Source of the DNA: a virus
IMG/VR virus record: IMGVR_UViG_3300024054_000015
Span: 1-64,000 of that record
Length of the DNA stretch: 64,000 bases
Reading direction: 5' to 3' (one strand)
A program made the translations under genes and the position numbers. The notes under the pieces are model-generated. The model was not told where the DNA came from. It saw only the letters and a program-made list of their open reading frames with translations, and searched no databases. Within the stretch, counting starts at the first letter, position 1. Every line of letters begins with the position of its first letter. This document shows positions 9,910-20,052 of this stretch, piece by piece.

Positions 9910-10838
9910 TCTGGATCTGTGCCCACTGTCGCTTCGAGCTCTCGCAGCCAACGATCGTCTACCCGGTACGTTGCTTCTGTGGCTACGTAGATCGGGGACC
10001 GATCCTTCCAGCAGAACAGCCGAAGCCGCGTTGGGTGAGCCTCACAGATCGACTGCAAGCGGTTGAACGACTGGCGAGCATGATCCCTTCCACTGTAAAG
10101 CGCATCATGGGTGTCTCCCGTTCCGGCATGTTTGCTGCTGGGATCCTAGCCGAGCGGTTTCATGTACCTCTCTGGTCTATCTCTCAGCAAACGGGTCCAA
10201 TTGACCTCGGTCATGGAGTACGTCTAGACAAGGTCGAGGAAGAAGGCTTAACGGTCGTTGTTGATGATACCGTCGCAGCGGGCTACTCCTTTGCTCAACT
10301 TAAACCGTTGCTCCTGCCTAACTCACTGTTCTACTGTCTTTACTGTAGCCCTGAATGTCGCAACCTCGTAACAGGATTCGCTGAACTTCTCTCGCTGCCC
10401 CACTATCTCGAATGGAACATCTTCAACTCGGTTCATACTCCGTCACTCGCTACGGACATCGATGGAATCCTTTGCCCTGATCCACCGGAGAGCTTCCTGG
10501 ACAAGGAACAGGAATGCCCCTACGAGAAGTGGTTAATCCGAGCTCCGATCCTTCAGCGTCCGTTGCGGGATACCATCCCCTTAATCGCTACGGGTCGTCG
10601 CCGTCGCTATCGGCGGCAGACCGAGAGCTGGCTAGAGACCTGCGGTATCTGTTACGACCAGCTAGTTTTCCCGCAGACCGAGGAAGAGTATCTAAACCCC
10701 GGTAAGATGAAGGCCGAAGCCTACGGCAAATCACCAGCCACGATCTTTATTGAATCCAATCAAAAGCAAGCTCGCTTGATAGCGAGACTCACCGGCAAAC
10801 GTGTAATCTGTCCCGCTTCACAGGAGGTACTAAATTGA
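9906..10838 (+). CDS. Phosphoribosyltransferase-like plus HAD-like fusion
   Basis: GVSRSG and VVVDDTVAAG (PRPP loop); DIDGIL (HAD motif I); N-terminal CxxC/CxC. Confidence 0.7.
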   Translation: MIWICAHCRFELSQPTIVYPVRCFCGYVDRGPILPAEQPKPRWVSLTDRLQAVERLASMIPSTVKRIMGVSRSGMFAAGILAERFHVPLWSISQQTGPIDLGHGVRLDKVEEEGLTVVVDDTVAAGYSFAQLKPLLLPNSLFYCLYCSPECRNLVTGFAELLSLPHYLEWNIFNSVHTPSLATDIDGILCPDPPESFLDKEQECPYEKWLIRAPILQRPLRDTIPLIATGRRRRYRRQTESWLETCGICYDQLVFPQTEEEYLNPGKMKAEAYGKSPATIFIESNQKQARLIARLTGKRVICPASQEVLN

Positions 10839-11428
10839 TTGTCCTAGAAAACAAACAGTTGGTGATTCTGACGCCTCCGCACACGGCTTCCAAGAATCTG
10901 CATGAAGCCCTCTGCCGTCCTCCACACAACGGTCTCTGGGTAGTCGGTCGCAACCCTGACGGTCACATCGACCATCATGTCTCTATCGCGTCCGAACCCT
11001 GGCTGCATTTCCGCATCGCCTGTGTCGTCCGCGATCCGCTAGAGCGTCTGCGTGGTCTCTGGGTGCATCACTGCATTAGCTGCCGTCGCTTGGGCACTCC
11101 TGCTCTACTCTGGCCGCAGTACGTGATGTCCCTATCCACTGAACGCTGGGGAGTGCTGCCTAGCTACCTTGACCACTACACGATTTCTCGGTGGTTGCAC
11201 AAGACGGCATTGCAGGAGGTCATCCGGTTCGAGGCTCTCCAAGAGGAATTACTGCGAGTGCTAGGTGAGCCGGTGGAACTAGCTCCTGGTTGGACCGACG
11301 ATGGTGAACACCCGTCGATGGAGGAACTGTTCGCGGAAGAAAACAAGATTCGTTTCCACGCGGCAGCGTGGTCGTTGCCAGACAGAGTACGGTGGGACTA
11401 TAAGTTGTTCTGGAACGAGACCCAATGA
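10835..11428 (+). CDS. Sulfotransferase-like protein
   Basis: PPHTAS (5'-PSB-like), VRDPLERL (3'-PB) and IRFEAL motifs. Confidence 0.6.
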   Translation: MIVLENKQLVILTPPHTASKNLHEALCRPPHNGLWVVGRNPDGHIDHHVSIASEPWLHFRIACVVRDPLERLRGLWVHHCISCRRLGTPALLWPQYVMSLSTERWGVLPSYLDHYTISRWLHKTALQEVIRFEALQEELLRVLGEPVELAPGWTDDGEHPSMEELFAEENKIRFHAAAWSLPDRVRWDYKLFWNETQ

Positions 11429-11793
11429 GTGAGACCACATCAGAAATCCTCCAGGAAGTAATGAATGGTCACGGGGTTGGTAGCCAACTCTGGAGGATTC
11501 TACAGTCTCTGGGAGTTGACCATAACTCAAGCTGCTCGTGCTTACTGTTAGCAGATGTAATGAACGAGCTAGGTCCCAAGGGTTGTGTAAGAGAGCGAGA
11601 GAAGCTCTTGGACTTGATGAGGAAGAACCAAAAGAAGTATGGATGGTATCACCACTTCAAGGCTGGAGTAAACGCTATCTTATTGGGCTGGGCTTTTCAA
11701 CTTAATCCACTAGATCCATTACCAGGACTCTTGGATAGAGCCATCAGCTTGGCAGAGGAGCAGCTATGCCAGTCTGGTCCTATGGCGTCGTAA
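11425..11793 (+). CDS. Hypothetical protein with CxC...C motif
   Basis: GVGSQL...SCSC...MNELGPKGC; coupled in operon. Confidence 0.65.
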   Translation: MSETTSEILQEVMNGHGVGSQLWRILQSLGVDHNSSCSCLLLADVMNELGPKGCVREREKLLDLMRKNQKKYGWYHHFKAGVNAILLGWAFQLNPLDPLPGLLDRAISLAEEQLCQSGPMAS

Positions 11794-12485
11794 CTATACC
11801 TAGTCGAATCTCTAGCGGTCTGCTAGAAACCACTCTGAAGTATCTTGCTAACGCAGGGTTCCCAGAGCCTAGACTCTTCATTGATGGGTTCCCTAACGAA
11901 GCGTTGCCAGACTTCGCTAAGGTCTTAGCCGTCACTTGCCGCAATCCGGCCTTCGGCACCTTTTGCAGTTTCTACCTGGGAGTCAGCGAGCTATTCTTAA
12001 GGAATCCCAAAGCTGACTTCTATGCCCTGTTTCAAGACGACTGCATCTGCTGCCGCAACATCCGCCAGTACCTTGAGCAGTGTACTCTTCCAGAGAGGTC
12101 GTACCTGAATCTCTACACCTACCCTAACAACGAGCGTGGGGATGTTAAGGGCTGGTCCTTCAGTAACCAACTTGGCAAGGGAGCCGTGGCTCTGGTCTTT
12201 GTACGGGAGGTTCTGGTAGACCTACTCAGAAGCCCTAATTGGGTCAACATTCCACTGTTCAATGATCACCCTAAAGAGGGTTGGAGAAAGGTTGATGATG
12301 GGGTTATCGTAGAGGCTCTAAGGAAGTGTAATGTTAATGAGTACGTTCACCTTCCATCTCTAGTCCAACACGACAACACAGTTAGAAGTTCCCTAGGTCA
12401 CGTAAAGAGTCCTCAGGCCAACACGTTTCCCGGAGTTGACTTTGACGCTTTGTCCCTACTAGGAGCAGCAAATGCAAGCAGATGA
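11766..12485 (+). CDS. Glycosyltransferase-like protein (GT-A fold)
   Basis: FQDD and PSLVQH motifs. Confidence 0.6.
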   Translation: MPVWSYGVVTIPSRISSGLLETTLKYLANAGFPEPRLFIDGFPNEALPDFAKVLAVTCRNPAFGTFCSFYLGVSELFLRNPKADFYALFQDDCICCRNIRQYLEQCTLPERSYLNLYTYPNNERGDVKGWSFSNQLGKGAVALVFVREVLVDLLRSPNWVNIPLFNDHPKEGWRKVDDGVIVEALRKCNVNEYVHLPSLVQHDNTVRSSLGHVKSPQANTFPGVDFDALSLLGAANASR

Positions 12486-13515
12486 CTATTACAGCCCACT
12501 CAAGATCTTTCATCACAGGGAGTGGCTGGACAAACTCAGAGCCGGTGTTAATCCTTCTCCAATCTTCGTACAGCTAGTACCTACCAACAGATGCAACCAA
12601 GACTGTCACTTCTGTGCCTACAGAATGTCTGGGTACTCTTCCAACGAGAGGTTCCAGGAAAGGGACCAGCTTGACTGGGACAAGCTAAAGGAGATAGTCC
12701 AGGACTGCAAGGACATGGGAGTTAAGGCCATCGAGTTGACTGGTGGCGGCGAGCCCACGGTACACAAGAACTTTCTAGACCTGTGCAGGCTAATCTTGGA
12801 CAGTGGAATCGATCTTGGTCTTGTTACCAACGGATCTGTCTGGTCTGACAGGCATACGGAGGTACTGTCCAAGGCTCTATGGGTTAGGTTCTCTGTAGAC
12901 GCAGGTCGCCCAGAAACCTACGCCAGTATGAGAGGTTCCACTGTCAGGACTTATACAAGAGTAAGGGATGCTATCAGTTCCATGCCTAAAGACGGTCCAG
13001 TGGTAGGTGTAGGGTTTGTGATTAACCGCGAGAACTACAAGGAAATAGAGGAGGCCGCTGACGCAGCTTTTGCAGACGGGGCAGACAACATCCGCTTCAG
13101 TGCTGTTTTCCAGAACGAGGGAACGAAATACTTCGATGGATTCATAGCTGAGGCAACTGCCTCCTGCAACAGAGTGGTGGAGAAGTACAGGTCCACAAGG
13201 ATGAAGGTGTTTGACCTGTTCCTGGACAGAGTCGGTGACCTGGGGCATGGTCCTCCAGACTATACGTTCTGTGGATTCCAGCAAGCCTCTACTTACATTG
13301 GTGCAGACTCTAACGTCTATCGCTGCTGCATCTTGGCCTACAGTCAGCGAGGTATGTTAGGGTGCATACTGGTGAGACGCTTTGCTGACGTGTGGAAGTC
13401 GTTAGACTTCTCCACCTTTGATGCCCACGGTTGTCCTCGCTGCATGTTCAACGCTAAGAACCGAACCATTGCCTATGCTCTAAACCCTAACCCTGCACAC
13501 GTGAACTTTCCGTGA
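12472..13515 (+). CDS. Radical SAM/SPASM protein
   Basis: CNQDCHFC, TGGGEP, C-terminal YRCC...CPRC. Confidence 0.9.
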   Translation: MQADDYYSPLKIFHHREWLDKLRAGVNPSPIFVQLVPTNRCNQDCHFCAYRMSGYSSNERFQERDQLDWDKLKEIVQDCKDMGVKAIELTGGGEPTVHKNFLDLCRLILDSGIDLGLVTNGSVWSDRHTEVLSKALWVRFSVDAGRPETYASMRGSTVRTYTRVRDAISSMPKDGPVVGVGFVINRENYKEIEEAADAAFADGADNIRFSAVFQNEGTKYFDGFIAEATASCNRVVEKYRSTRMKVFDLFLDRVGDLGHGPPDYTFCGFQQASTYIGADSNVYRCCILAYSQRGMLGCILVRRFADVWKSLDFSTFDAHGCPRCMFNAKNRTIAYALNPNPAHVNFP

Positions 13516-14045
13516 TCAACCCAGCGGACAATCTCCGAGACCTCTACACTTGCCTGACGGTAGCCACTTCAGACTGCGAGTCAGTCCTGGACTTGTGCTG
13601 TGGTTTCGGCGAAAAGCTGGCTTGCACTAGAGCAGGGTTCAGGGTTGGTGTAGATATCCACAAGCCTTACCTAGACGTGGCTTGCAAGAAATGGGGGAAC
13701 CGTATTTACTTCGTTTGGGAGGATGCCCTTAGCTACGCTTTTAGCTGTGCCTACCCGTTCGATGGGATCCTACTCATAGATGCCATTGAGCATCTGGAGA
13801 AGCAGCGTGGTCTAGACCTGATCTCCAGGTGTCAAGAAATAGCCAAGAGGCGACTGATCGTATTTACTCCAGAAGGTGTGTGCCCGCAAGATCACGATAC
13901 GTACGAAATGGGTGGTGACTATGCACAGACTCACAAGTCCACCTGGACTGCTGAGGAAATGAGGACTCTAGGGTTTAAGGTAGCCCTCTGGGAAAACTGG
14001 CATCCAGGTACAGAAGGAACATTCTTTGCGATTTGGGAACCTTAG
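13512..14045 (+). CDS. Class I SAM-dependent methyltransferase
   Basis: VLDLCCGFG, GVDI, DAIEHL motifs. Confidence 0.85.
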   Translation: MINPADNLRDLYTCLTVATSDCESVLDLCCGFGEKLACTRAGFRVGVDIHKPYLDVACKKWGNRIYFVWEDALSYAFSCAYPFDGILLIDAIEHLEKQRGLDLISRCQEIAKRRLIVFTPEGVCPQDHDTYEMGGDYAQTHKSTWTAEEMRTLGFKVALWENWHPGTEGTFFAIWEP

Positions 14046-14048
14046 TCC

Positions 14049-14870
14049 ATGATTAGCATGAAGCGTCAGTGGGTCGTGCAGATAGACGTTACCAACGCCT
14101 GCAACAGAGCTTGCAGTAATTGCACGAGGTTGATTGGTCATACCGATGAGACGTTCTATATGGATCCCGACTACTTCCGGCATACCGTGAAGTGCCTGAG
14201 GAGGTTTCCCACTCACAGCCCGCCCAGCCTATACGTGGACGTGCCGAACAAGATGCTAGGCATGATCGGTGGCGAACCCTTGATGCACCCGCAGTTTGAA
14301 GAGTTGGCCAAGATTATGGAAGAGGAGATTCCTTGTAGAGAACACCGAGGACTGTGGACGGGTTTCGTATGGCAGAGGACTAGGTTTGCTGAGTTGATCG
14401 AAAGGGTCTTCGGGTATGTGAACAATAACACTCACTCCACAGAGTGTTACCACTCACCGATCCTAGTGGCCATCAAAGACGTGGTTCCAGATGAGGCCAC
14501 TCGCAAGTCCCTGATCAGCAACTGCTGGCTGCAAAAGATGTGGGCTGGAACCGTAACACCCAAGGGTCTGTTCTTCTGTGAGGTAGCGGGAGCCTTTGAC
14601 TTCGTTATGAAGGGGCCAGGAGGTTTGCCGGTAACAGAGGACTGTTGGGAGAGGCCCTTGTCGGACTTCCAGGAGCAGATAGATCGGTGGTGCCAGGGAT
14701 GTGGAGTACCTCTGCAACTGAAGGGCAGGCGGGACACCGAGGAGGTAGACGACATCAGCCTCAGCAACCTAGCTCTTCTTTCAGAGAGTTCGCGGATAAA
14801 GGTTAGGAAGTATAACCTAGTGACAGGTCTTCAGGAGAGAACAGGTAAACCTTGGGAGTACCTGAAATGA
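14049..14870 (+). CDS. Radical SAM protein
   Basis: CNRACSNC, GGEPLMHP, C-terminal Cys cluster. Confidence 0.85.
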   Translation: MISMKRQWVVQIDVTNACNRACSNCTRLIGHTDETFYMDPDYFRHTVKCLRRFPTHSPPSLYVDVPNKMLGMIGGEPLMHPQFEELAKIMEEEIPCREHRGLWTGFVWQRTRFAELIERVFGYVNNNTHSTECYHSPILVAIKDVVPDEATRKSLISNCWLQKMWAGTVTPKGLFFCEVAGAFDFVMKGPGGLPVTEDCWERPLSDFQEQIDRWCQGCGVPLQLKGRRDTEEVDDISLSNLALLSESSRIKVRKYNLVTGLQERTGKPWEYLK

Positions 14871-15589
14871 CTCACGTATGGACGTATTGGGAAGGGCCGA
14901 TGCCGGAGTACATTAGCATCTGCCTCTGGTCCAGTAGAATGATCTGCTCGAGCGGCCTGGAGTTTACCTGTGTTACTCCAGAGAATGTGCGGACGTTCTT
15001 GCCACCTGGAACAATCCATGAGAACTACTTGAAGCTCCAGCAACCAGCCCTTAGAGCTGATTGTGTGCGGGCGGCTTTGCTGGCAAGGTACGGAGGCTGG
15101 TGGTGGGACGCTGATACGGTAGGCATCAACTATCCAAGCAAGTCCATAGTCAACCCGGAGTCTGCTCTGTATATGATCTGGGACAAGGCTCCTAGGAGAG
15201 TTCTAAATGGCTACATCTACCTGCCACCCGATTCCACGATAGCGAAGGTATGGCTAGGCGCTGTTAACCGAGCCCTGATGGATGACTACGAGCATATCGA
15301 TTGGTGTTCACTCGGAGAGGGAGTGTTGACCAATCTATTGCCAGAGTTGGGAGCAGTGCAGATAGACCGCAGCACGTTCCTACCCATAGACATAGATAGC
15401 TCTGTGGGCTTGTTTTTTGGTGAGGAGGACTTCCATAAGTACCTAACCCATCACACTGTCTGCTTCGGGCTTAACCACTCTTGGTTCATGTACCACAAGT
15501 TTGAGGCTATGAGCCTTCCAGCCTGCGAGTGGCACAAGAGTCCGCTGCTAATCCACAGGCTCTTGGAACATGCTAGGAGGTTGCTATGA
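14867..15589 (+). CDS. GT32-like (capsular polysaccharide synthesis family) glycosyltransferase
   Basis: WTYW, RADCVRAALLARYGGWWWDAD. Confidence 0.85.
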   Translation: MTHVWTYWEGPMPEYISICLWSSRMICSSGLEFTCVTPENVRTFLPPGTIHENYLKLQQPALRADCVRAALLARYGGWWWDADTVGINYPSKSIVNPESALYMIWDKAPRRVLNGYIYLPPDSTIAKVWLGAVNRALMDDYEHIDWCSLGEGVLTNLLPELGAVQIDRSTFLPIDIDSSVGLFFGEEDFHKYLTHHTVCFGLNHSWFMYHKFEAMSLPACEWHKSPLLIHRLLEHARRLL

Positions 15590-16935
15590 AAGCCTCTATT
15601 TGCATGTCTACTTTCTACAGAGAACCTCGAGTATTGCAGAGGACACTTAATAGTATCTTCAAGCAGGAGGTTCCGTTTGAGTTTGAGGTGATCATAGCAG
15701 ACGATGGAGCCTCTGATAAAGAGCAGACTGCCAGAAAGATCTGTGAACGCTTCCCTGTCAAGTACATACCCATTGAGCGGGACAACGTCAAGCGTAATCC
15801 CTGCGTGGCTAGGAACGTAGCCTATAGAGCAGCTACGGGCAGTGTGATCATTGCCCAATCCGACGAGGTAGCTCATGTCAGCCCTAACGCCATAGAGACC
15901 TTGGTGATAGAGCTAGAGCTAAAGCCCAAGTCCTTCATCATCGCCTCCGTTATTGCCTGTGGGCCTGACGGTAGTGAATGGTCTGCTTACACCGGCAGAT
16001 GGTATCGAAACGGGAATCCTCAACCCTACCAGTCAAGGCTTGTTCCGTTCTTCTTCCTTGGAGCCTTGTGGAGAAGAGACCTGTACGCCGTTGGTGGTAA
16101 CGACGAGGAGTTCGTAAGCTACCAGGGATACGACGATGACTGGTTTGCCAGATGCTTGGAGAATGGATTAGGTCTAAGGGCCGTTTATGTGGACTCAGTC
16201 GTGGGACACCACCAGTATCATGAGTGCCACGACACCAAGGAGAAGTACACGCTCTCCAAAGCCTTTTATAGAAGGAAGTGCGAAATGGCTCAACAGGAGA
16301 ATGTTTGGAGGGCTGCTGGAGGTCCTTGGCCTTACGAGGAGTCGTTTGCCTCTGCCTATAAGAGCGGCGGTGATTGGAGCGGCCACGAGTCCGGTAGTGG
16401 TGAGGGGTCTTCCATCAAGGCCACTGAATCCATAAGGGTTATGCTGAAGAACCTGATAGGGCTGCTGGACCTCAAGTCCATCCTGGACATACCTTGTGGA
16501 GACTTTAACTGGATGAGATGGGTGGAGCTAGGTGACGTGAAGTACCTGGGAGCCGACATCGTCAAGGAGCTAGTTCTGCAAAACCAAGAGAGGTTTCCAG
16601 GTAGAGAGTTCTTGTACCTGAACCTGCTAACGGAAAACCTGCCGACGGTAGACCTAGTTCTTTGCAGGGATTGCTTCGGGCACATGTCCTTTGAGGACTG
16701 CAACCGAGCCCTTGAGAACATCAAGCGTAGCAAGAGCAAGTACCTGCTGATGACAACCTTTTGGAACCATGCTAACATGGACGGTAGGACAGGTCCTAGT
16801 TGGCACGCTAGGTCCATGACCAAGTCACCCTTCAACCTGCCACCACCCATGCTGACCGTGGACGAGTTGTGCCAGGAAGTCTATCCAAAGTACGCAGACA
16901 AGAGCTTAGGCTTATGGGAGGTTGCCAAGTTATGA
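15586..16935 (+). CDS. GT2 glycosyltransferase fused to methyltransferase
   Basis: EVIIADDG, ARN, GGNDEEF..YQGYDDD; C-terminal SGSGEGS..ILDIPCGDFNW. Confidence 0.85.
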   Translation: MKASICMSTFYREPRVLQRTLNSIFKQEVPFEFEVIIADDGASDKEQTARKICERFPVKYIPIERDNVKRNPCVARNVAYRAATGSVIIAQSDEVAHVSPNAIETLVIELELKPKSFIIASVIACGPDGSEWSAYTGRWYRNGNPQPYQSRLVPFFFLGALWRRDLYAVGGNDEEFVSYQGYDDDWFARCLENGLGLRAVYVDSVVGHHQYHECHDTKEKYTLSKAFYRRKCEMAQQENVWRAAGGPWPYEESFASAYKSGGDWSGHESGSGEGSSIKATESIRVMLKNLIGLLDLKSILDIPCGDFNWMRWVELGDVKYLGADIVKELVLQNQERFPGREFLYLNLLTENLPTVDLVLCRDCFGHMSFEDCNRALENIKRSKSKYLLMTTFWNHANMDGRTGPSWHARSMTKSPFNLPPPMLTVDELCQEVYPKYADKSLGLWEVAKL

Positions 16936-17666
16936 ACAGCATCGTAGTCTGTGTGGAGTTCGACGATTTCCTAGCTCTTACTTTGCCAAGGAACAGGCGG
17001 CACTTTGGGCGGACGCTGGTAGTTACCTCCTGTGCTGATGTTTCCACTCAGAAGCTGGCTCTGGAGAACTCCTGCGAGTGCTTCGTTACGAACTCGTTCT
17101 ATGAACGTGGGGCGATGTTCAACAAGGGCTCGGCCTTGGAGAAGGGCCTGGACGTTCTCGGCAGGGAGGGCTGGATTTGCATCTGGGATGCAGACATTGT
17201 CATGCCGAACTCCATAGAGTTTGACAAGTCAGAGGAGTGCCTCTATACAGCCCTACGCAGAACCCTAGACTTCCCGCAGGACTTCAACGACAACCTGGAC
17301 TGGGAAACCGTTCCTGTTACTGGTCTCGAGTGCGAGTACCCTGGATACTTTCAACTGTTCCATGTCTCAGCAGCTAGACAAAAGCCTTGGTACGAAACAG
17401 ACTGGACGCACGCGGGCGGCTGTGATGGCAGCTTCCAGCACAGGTTCAAGAGGTTGGCTAGACCACCCTTCAACGTCCTGCACTTAGGCCCGAGCGTAGA
17501 CGAAGCTCCACTATTCCATTTGAGAATAGGAAACAACTGGTGCGGCAGGACCACTCCCAGGTTAGACGGTAAACCACTGTCGCCAGATGCTAGGCTGCAT
17601 CAAGTGGCCTCTATTTCAGAGAGTAGAAGGGTAGGTTGTGGCACAATGAATGAGAAGCTGAAATGA
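16932..17666 (+). CDS. Glycosyltransferase-like protein (GT-A)
   Basis: FNKG, WDADI (DxD), GYFQLF, VLHLG motifs. Confidence 0.7.
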   Translation: MNSIVVCVEFDDFLALTLPRNRRHFGRTLVVTSCADVSTQKLALENSCECFVTNSFYERGAMFNKGSALEKGLDVLGREGWICIWDADIVMPNSIEFDKSEECLYTALRRTLDFPQDFNDNLDWETVPVTGLECEYPGYFQLFHVSAARQKPWYETDWTHAGGCDGSFQHRFKRLARPPFNVLHLGPSVDEAPLFHLRIGNNWCGRTTPRLDGKPLSPDARLHQVASISESRRVGCGTMNEKLK

Positions 17667-18526
17667 TTTCAAAGCGTATGGCGTTCTTCTGGGTTGGTCG
17701 CATGTCTTGGCTAAGGTGGCTGACCCTCAGTAGCTTCGTTAGGTTCAACCCAGACTGGGAGGTTGTGCTTTACACAGCCGACAGTGAGTTTGTCGGGTCA
17801 AAGCATTGGAAGTCTGACAACGACGACGATAGCTCCTACGAGGGGCCTGACTATTGGGAGCATATTCCAAAGCAGGTCATCGTCAAGAAGTTTGTACCAC
17901 CTTCCGTAATGAGTGCTGCCCAGATGTGTGATCTGTTCCAGTGGTGGTACTTGGGCACAGAGGGTGGGTTCTATGCCGACATGGACATCCTGTGGCTCCG
18001 GCCTTTCGATGAGACTTATAGAACCTGTCTAAACTCTAACGCTGTGTTCTGCCTAGAGGGTACACTCCTAGCCATTGGCCTTGTAGGCTCTACACCGGAT
18101 TGCCCACTGTTCAGGGCTATCTATAGCGGAGCCGAGATAGAGTCCAATGCCGACTATCAGCACTATGGGACTAACCTTGTCTACAGAGTGTTCGAGATTG
18201 GCTATGGTAAACCTCATCCCGGCAAGAAGTTTCTTAACCTAGCTAGAAGGATCTACCCGAATCTGCAAATAGAGGAGATCCCGCAGAATACGGTCTATCC
18301 ATTTATCTGGGATGAGGCCGACAAGATCTTTGAGAGAAAGCTGCCTGTGCCTAACAGTTCTGTAGGAATCCACTGGTTTGGAGGAGGGCCAATCCCTAAC
18401 AAATGGAACAGGTTATTGACCGAGGACTCCTGGACAAGCTACGACAACACTTTCACTGCCAGATTGAATAGGATCTGCAAAGTTGAAGGTAACTTTAATC
18501 TATCCCCCACAGCAGTCGCGTCCTGA
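17663..18526 (+). CDS. GT32-like DxD glycosyltransferase
   Basis: FFWVG, DLFQWWYL...GGFYADMD, GIHWFGG. Confidence 0.8.
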   Translation: MISKRMAFFWVGRMSWLRWLTLSSFVRFNPDWEVVLYTADSEFVGSKHWKSDNDDDSSYEGPDYWEHIPKQVIVKKFVPPSVMSAAQMCDLFQWWYLGTEGGFYADMDILWLRPFDETYRTCLNSNAVFCLEGTLLAIGLVGSTPDCPLFRAIYSGAEIESNADYQHYGTNLVYRVFEIGYGKPHPGKKFLNLARRIYPNLQIEEIPQNTVYPFIWDEADKIFERKLPVPNSSVGIHWFGGGPIPNKWNRLLTEDSWTSYDNTFTARLNRICKVEGNFNLSPTAVAS

Positions 18527-19841
18527 CATTCCCCACAAGCCAGAGGCTTCCCTAGCTTATCCTTATCTGGCTGGGGGTCTACTAGACCTTGGTGTAAGTG
18601 TCAGTATCTATGACGCCTGTGTAGGGAACAGTAAAGATCCTGAGGACGTGTTCTACAACTCTGTGGACCTCCCTAGTGGGCTACGCAGATACGGGGTTTC
18701 AGACGACAGGATCTTAGAGGAGGTTAGCGACAGTGACCTAGTTGGCATCACTTCCATATTCACTGCTCAGGAAACGATGGCCCTGTACGTCGGCAGGCTC
18801 ATCAAGAAACATTTTCCAGACAAGGTCTTGGTTTGTGGCGGCACCAATGCCAGAAGCAGACCTAGGATGTTCATCAAGTCTGGGTTTGACGTGGTCTGTA
18901 TGTCTGAGGCCGACTACAGCATCCAAGCCATCGCCTACGCAGTAGAGAACCACAGGCCGACTAGAAGGTTCTACCGGCAACCACTGATCACCAACCTGGA
19001 CCAGCTTCCCATGCCAGCTTGGGAGCTACACCAGAACGATCGGTACTGGCAGTTAGGAAAGCCTCACGGTTCAGCCCAAGGTGAGGGCTTCAAGTACGCT
19101 CCCATCATGACCTCTAGAGGATGTGTGTTCAGGTGCAGCTATTGCCACATCTCAGGAGAGCAAGGCATCTGCAAGTTTCGTGTCAAGTCCTTGGACAGGG
19201 TTTCCTTAGAGTTGGAGAAGCTTCGCACCCTGGGTGTAGAGAACCTCTTCATTGAGGACGACACGCTATTCGGGAACAAGCCCAGGGGCCTTGACGTCTT
19301 GAGGCTAGTCCAGCAGTTCAGCTTTAAGGTCTGGGACATCAACGGCGTCAACATTGCCCACCTGTTCAAAGGCAGCGAGCCAGACCAAGAAGTCCTGGAC
19401 ACTCTTCAGGCTTGTGGCTTTGCAGCCCTGACCATTCCAGTAGAGTCTGGTAGCCAGAGGATCCTGGACAAGTACGCCTCCAGGAAGTGGCAGGTAGCCA
19501 GATACGACATATCGAAACTCATCAAGGGTCTGAACAGCAGAGGCATCAAGGCAGGCGTGAACTACATGCTGGGCTATCCAGACGAGACCCTAGAGGAGAT
19601 GCAGTCAACCATCGCTCTAGCTCAGAAGCTAAGAGACGCTGGGGCGAACAGTTCAAACTTCATGATCGTTATCCCACTGCCTGGAACTGCCATCTATGAC
19701 ATGGCTATTAGGGAGGGGTATCTGGATCTAGACTTTAACCCAGATACGTTCAACTGGAGGCAAGCCAGCATGAAGAATACAACCGTGCCAGCAAGTCAAA
19801 TAGAGGAGATGCAAGCCGAAGCCTACGCCAAGCTAAACTAG
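18483..19841 (+). CDS. Cobalamin-binding radical SAM protein
   Basis: N-terminal B12-binding domain (LVGITS, VCGG); TSRGCVFRCSYC; ESGS; GYPDET; PLPGT. Confidence 0.9.
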   Translation: MKVTLIYPPQQSRPDIPHKPEASLAYPYLAGGLLDLGVSVSIYDACVGNSKDPEDVFYNSVDLPSGLRRYGVSDDRILEEVSDSDLVGITSIFTAQETMALYVGRLIKKHFPDKVLVCGGTNARSRPRMFIKSGFDVVCMSEADYSIQAIAYAVENHRPTRRFYRQPLITNLDQLPMPAWELHQNDRYWQLGKPHGSAQGEGFKYAPIMTSRGCVFRCSYCHISGEQGICKFRVKSLDRVSLELEKLRTLGVENLFIEDDTLFGNKPRGLDVLRLVQQFSFKVWDINGVNIAHLFKGSEPDQEVLDTLQACGFAALTIPVESGSQRILDKYASRKWQVARYDISKLIKGLNSRGIKAGVNYMLGYPDETLEEMQSTIALAQKLRDAGANSSNFMIVIPLPGTAIYDMAIREGYLDLDFNPDTFNWRQASMKNTTVPASQIEEMQAEAYAKLN

Positions 19842-19863
19842 GCTGTTTGGCGTAATGCCCAAC

Positions 19864-19960
19864 AAGGCCCCTAGCTACCCTGTAGGCGAGCGCAAGCCGT
19901 AACAAGGTGCAGCTAGGCCACTAACTACCAGCGCTCGGCTACGGGCCTGCTAGGGGCTTT
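19864..19960. repeat. Dispersed 96-97 bp inverted-repeat element, copy 2
   Basis: AAGGCCCCTAG...CTAGGGGCTTT ends, 97 bp span. Confidence 0.75.
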
Positions 19961-19986
19961 AATTGGCATACTACCTTTGGGGGTAA

Positions 19987-20046
19987 GGTAGGCAGCGCTC
20001 TCGCTCGGGTCCTGCTCCGCCCGTAGCTTGAGAGCGCTGCCCTACC
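19987..20046. terminator. Long hairpin between convergent transcription arms
   Basis: GGCAGCGCTCTC (19991-20002) pairs with GAGAGCGCTGCC (20030-20041); no U tract. Confidence 0.55.
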
Positions 20047-20052
20047 GTTCTG

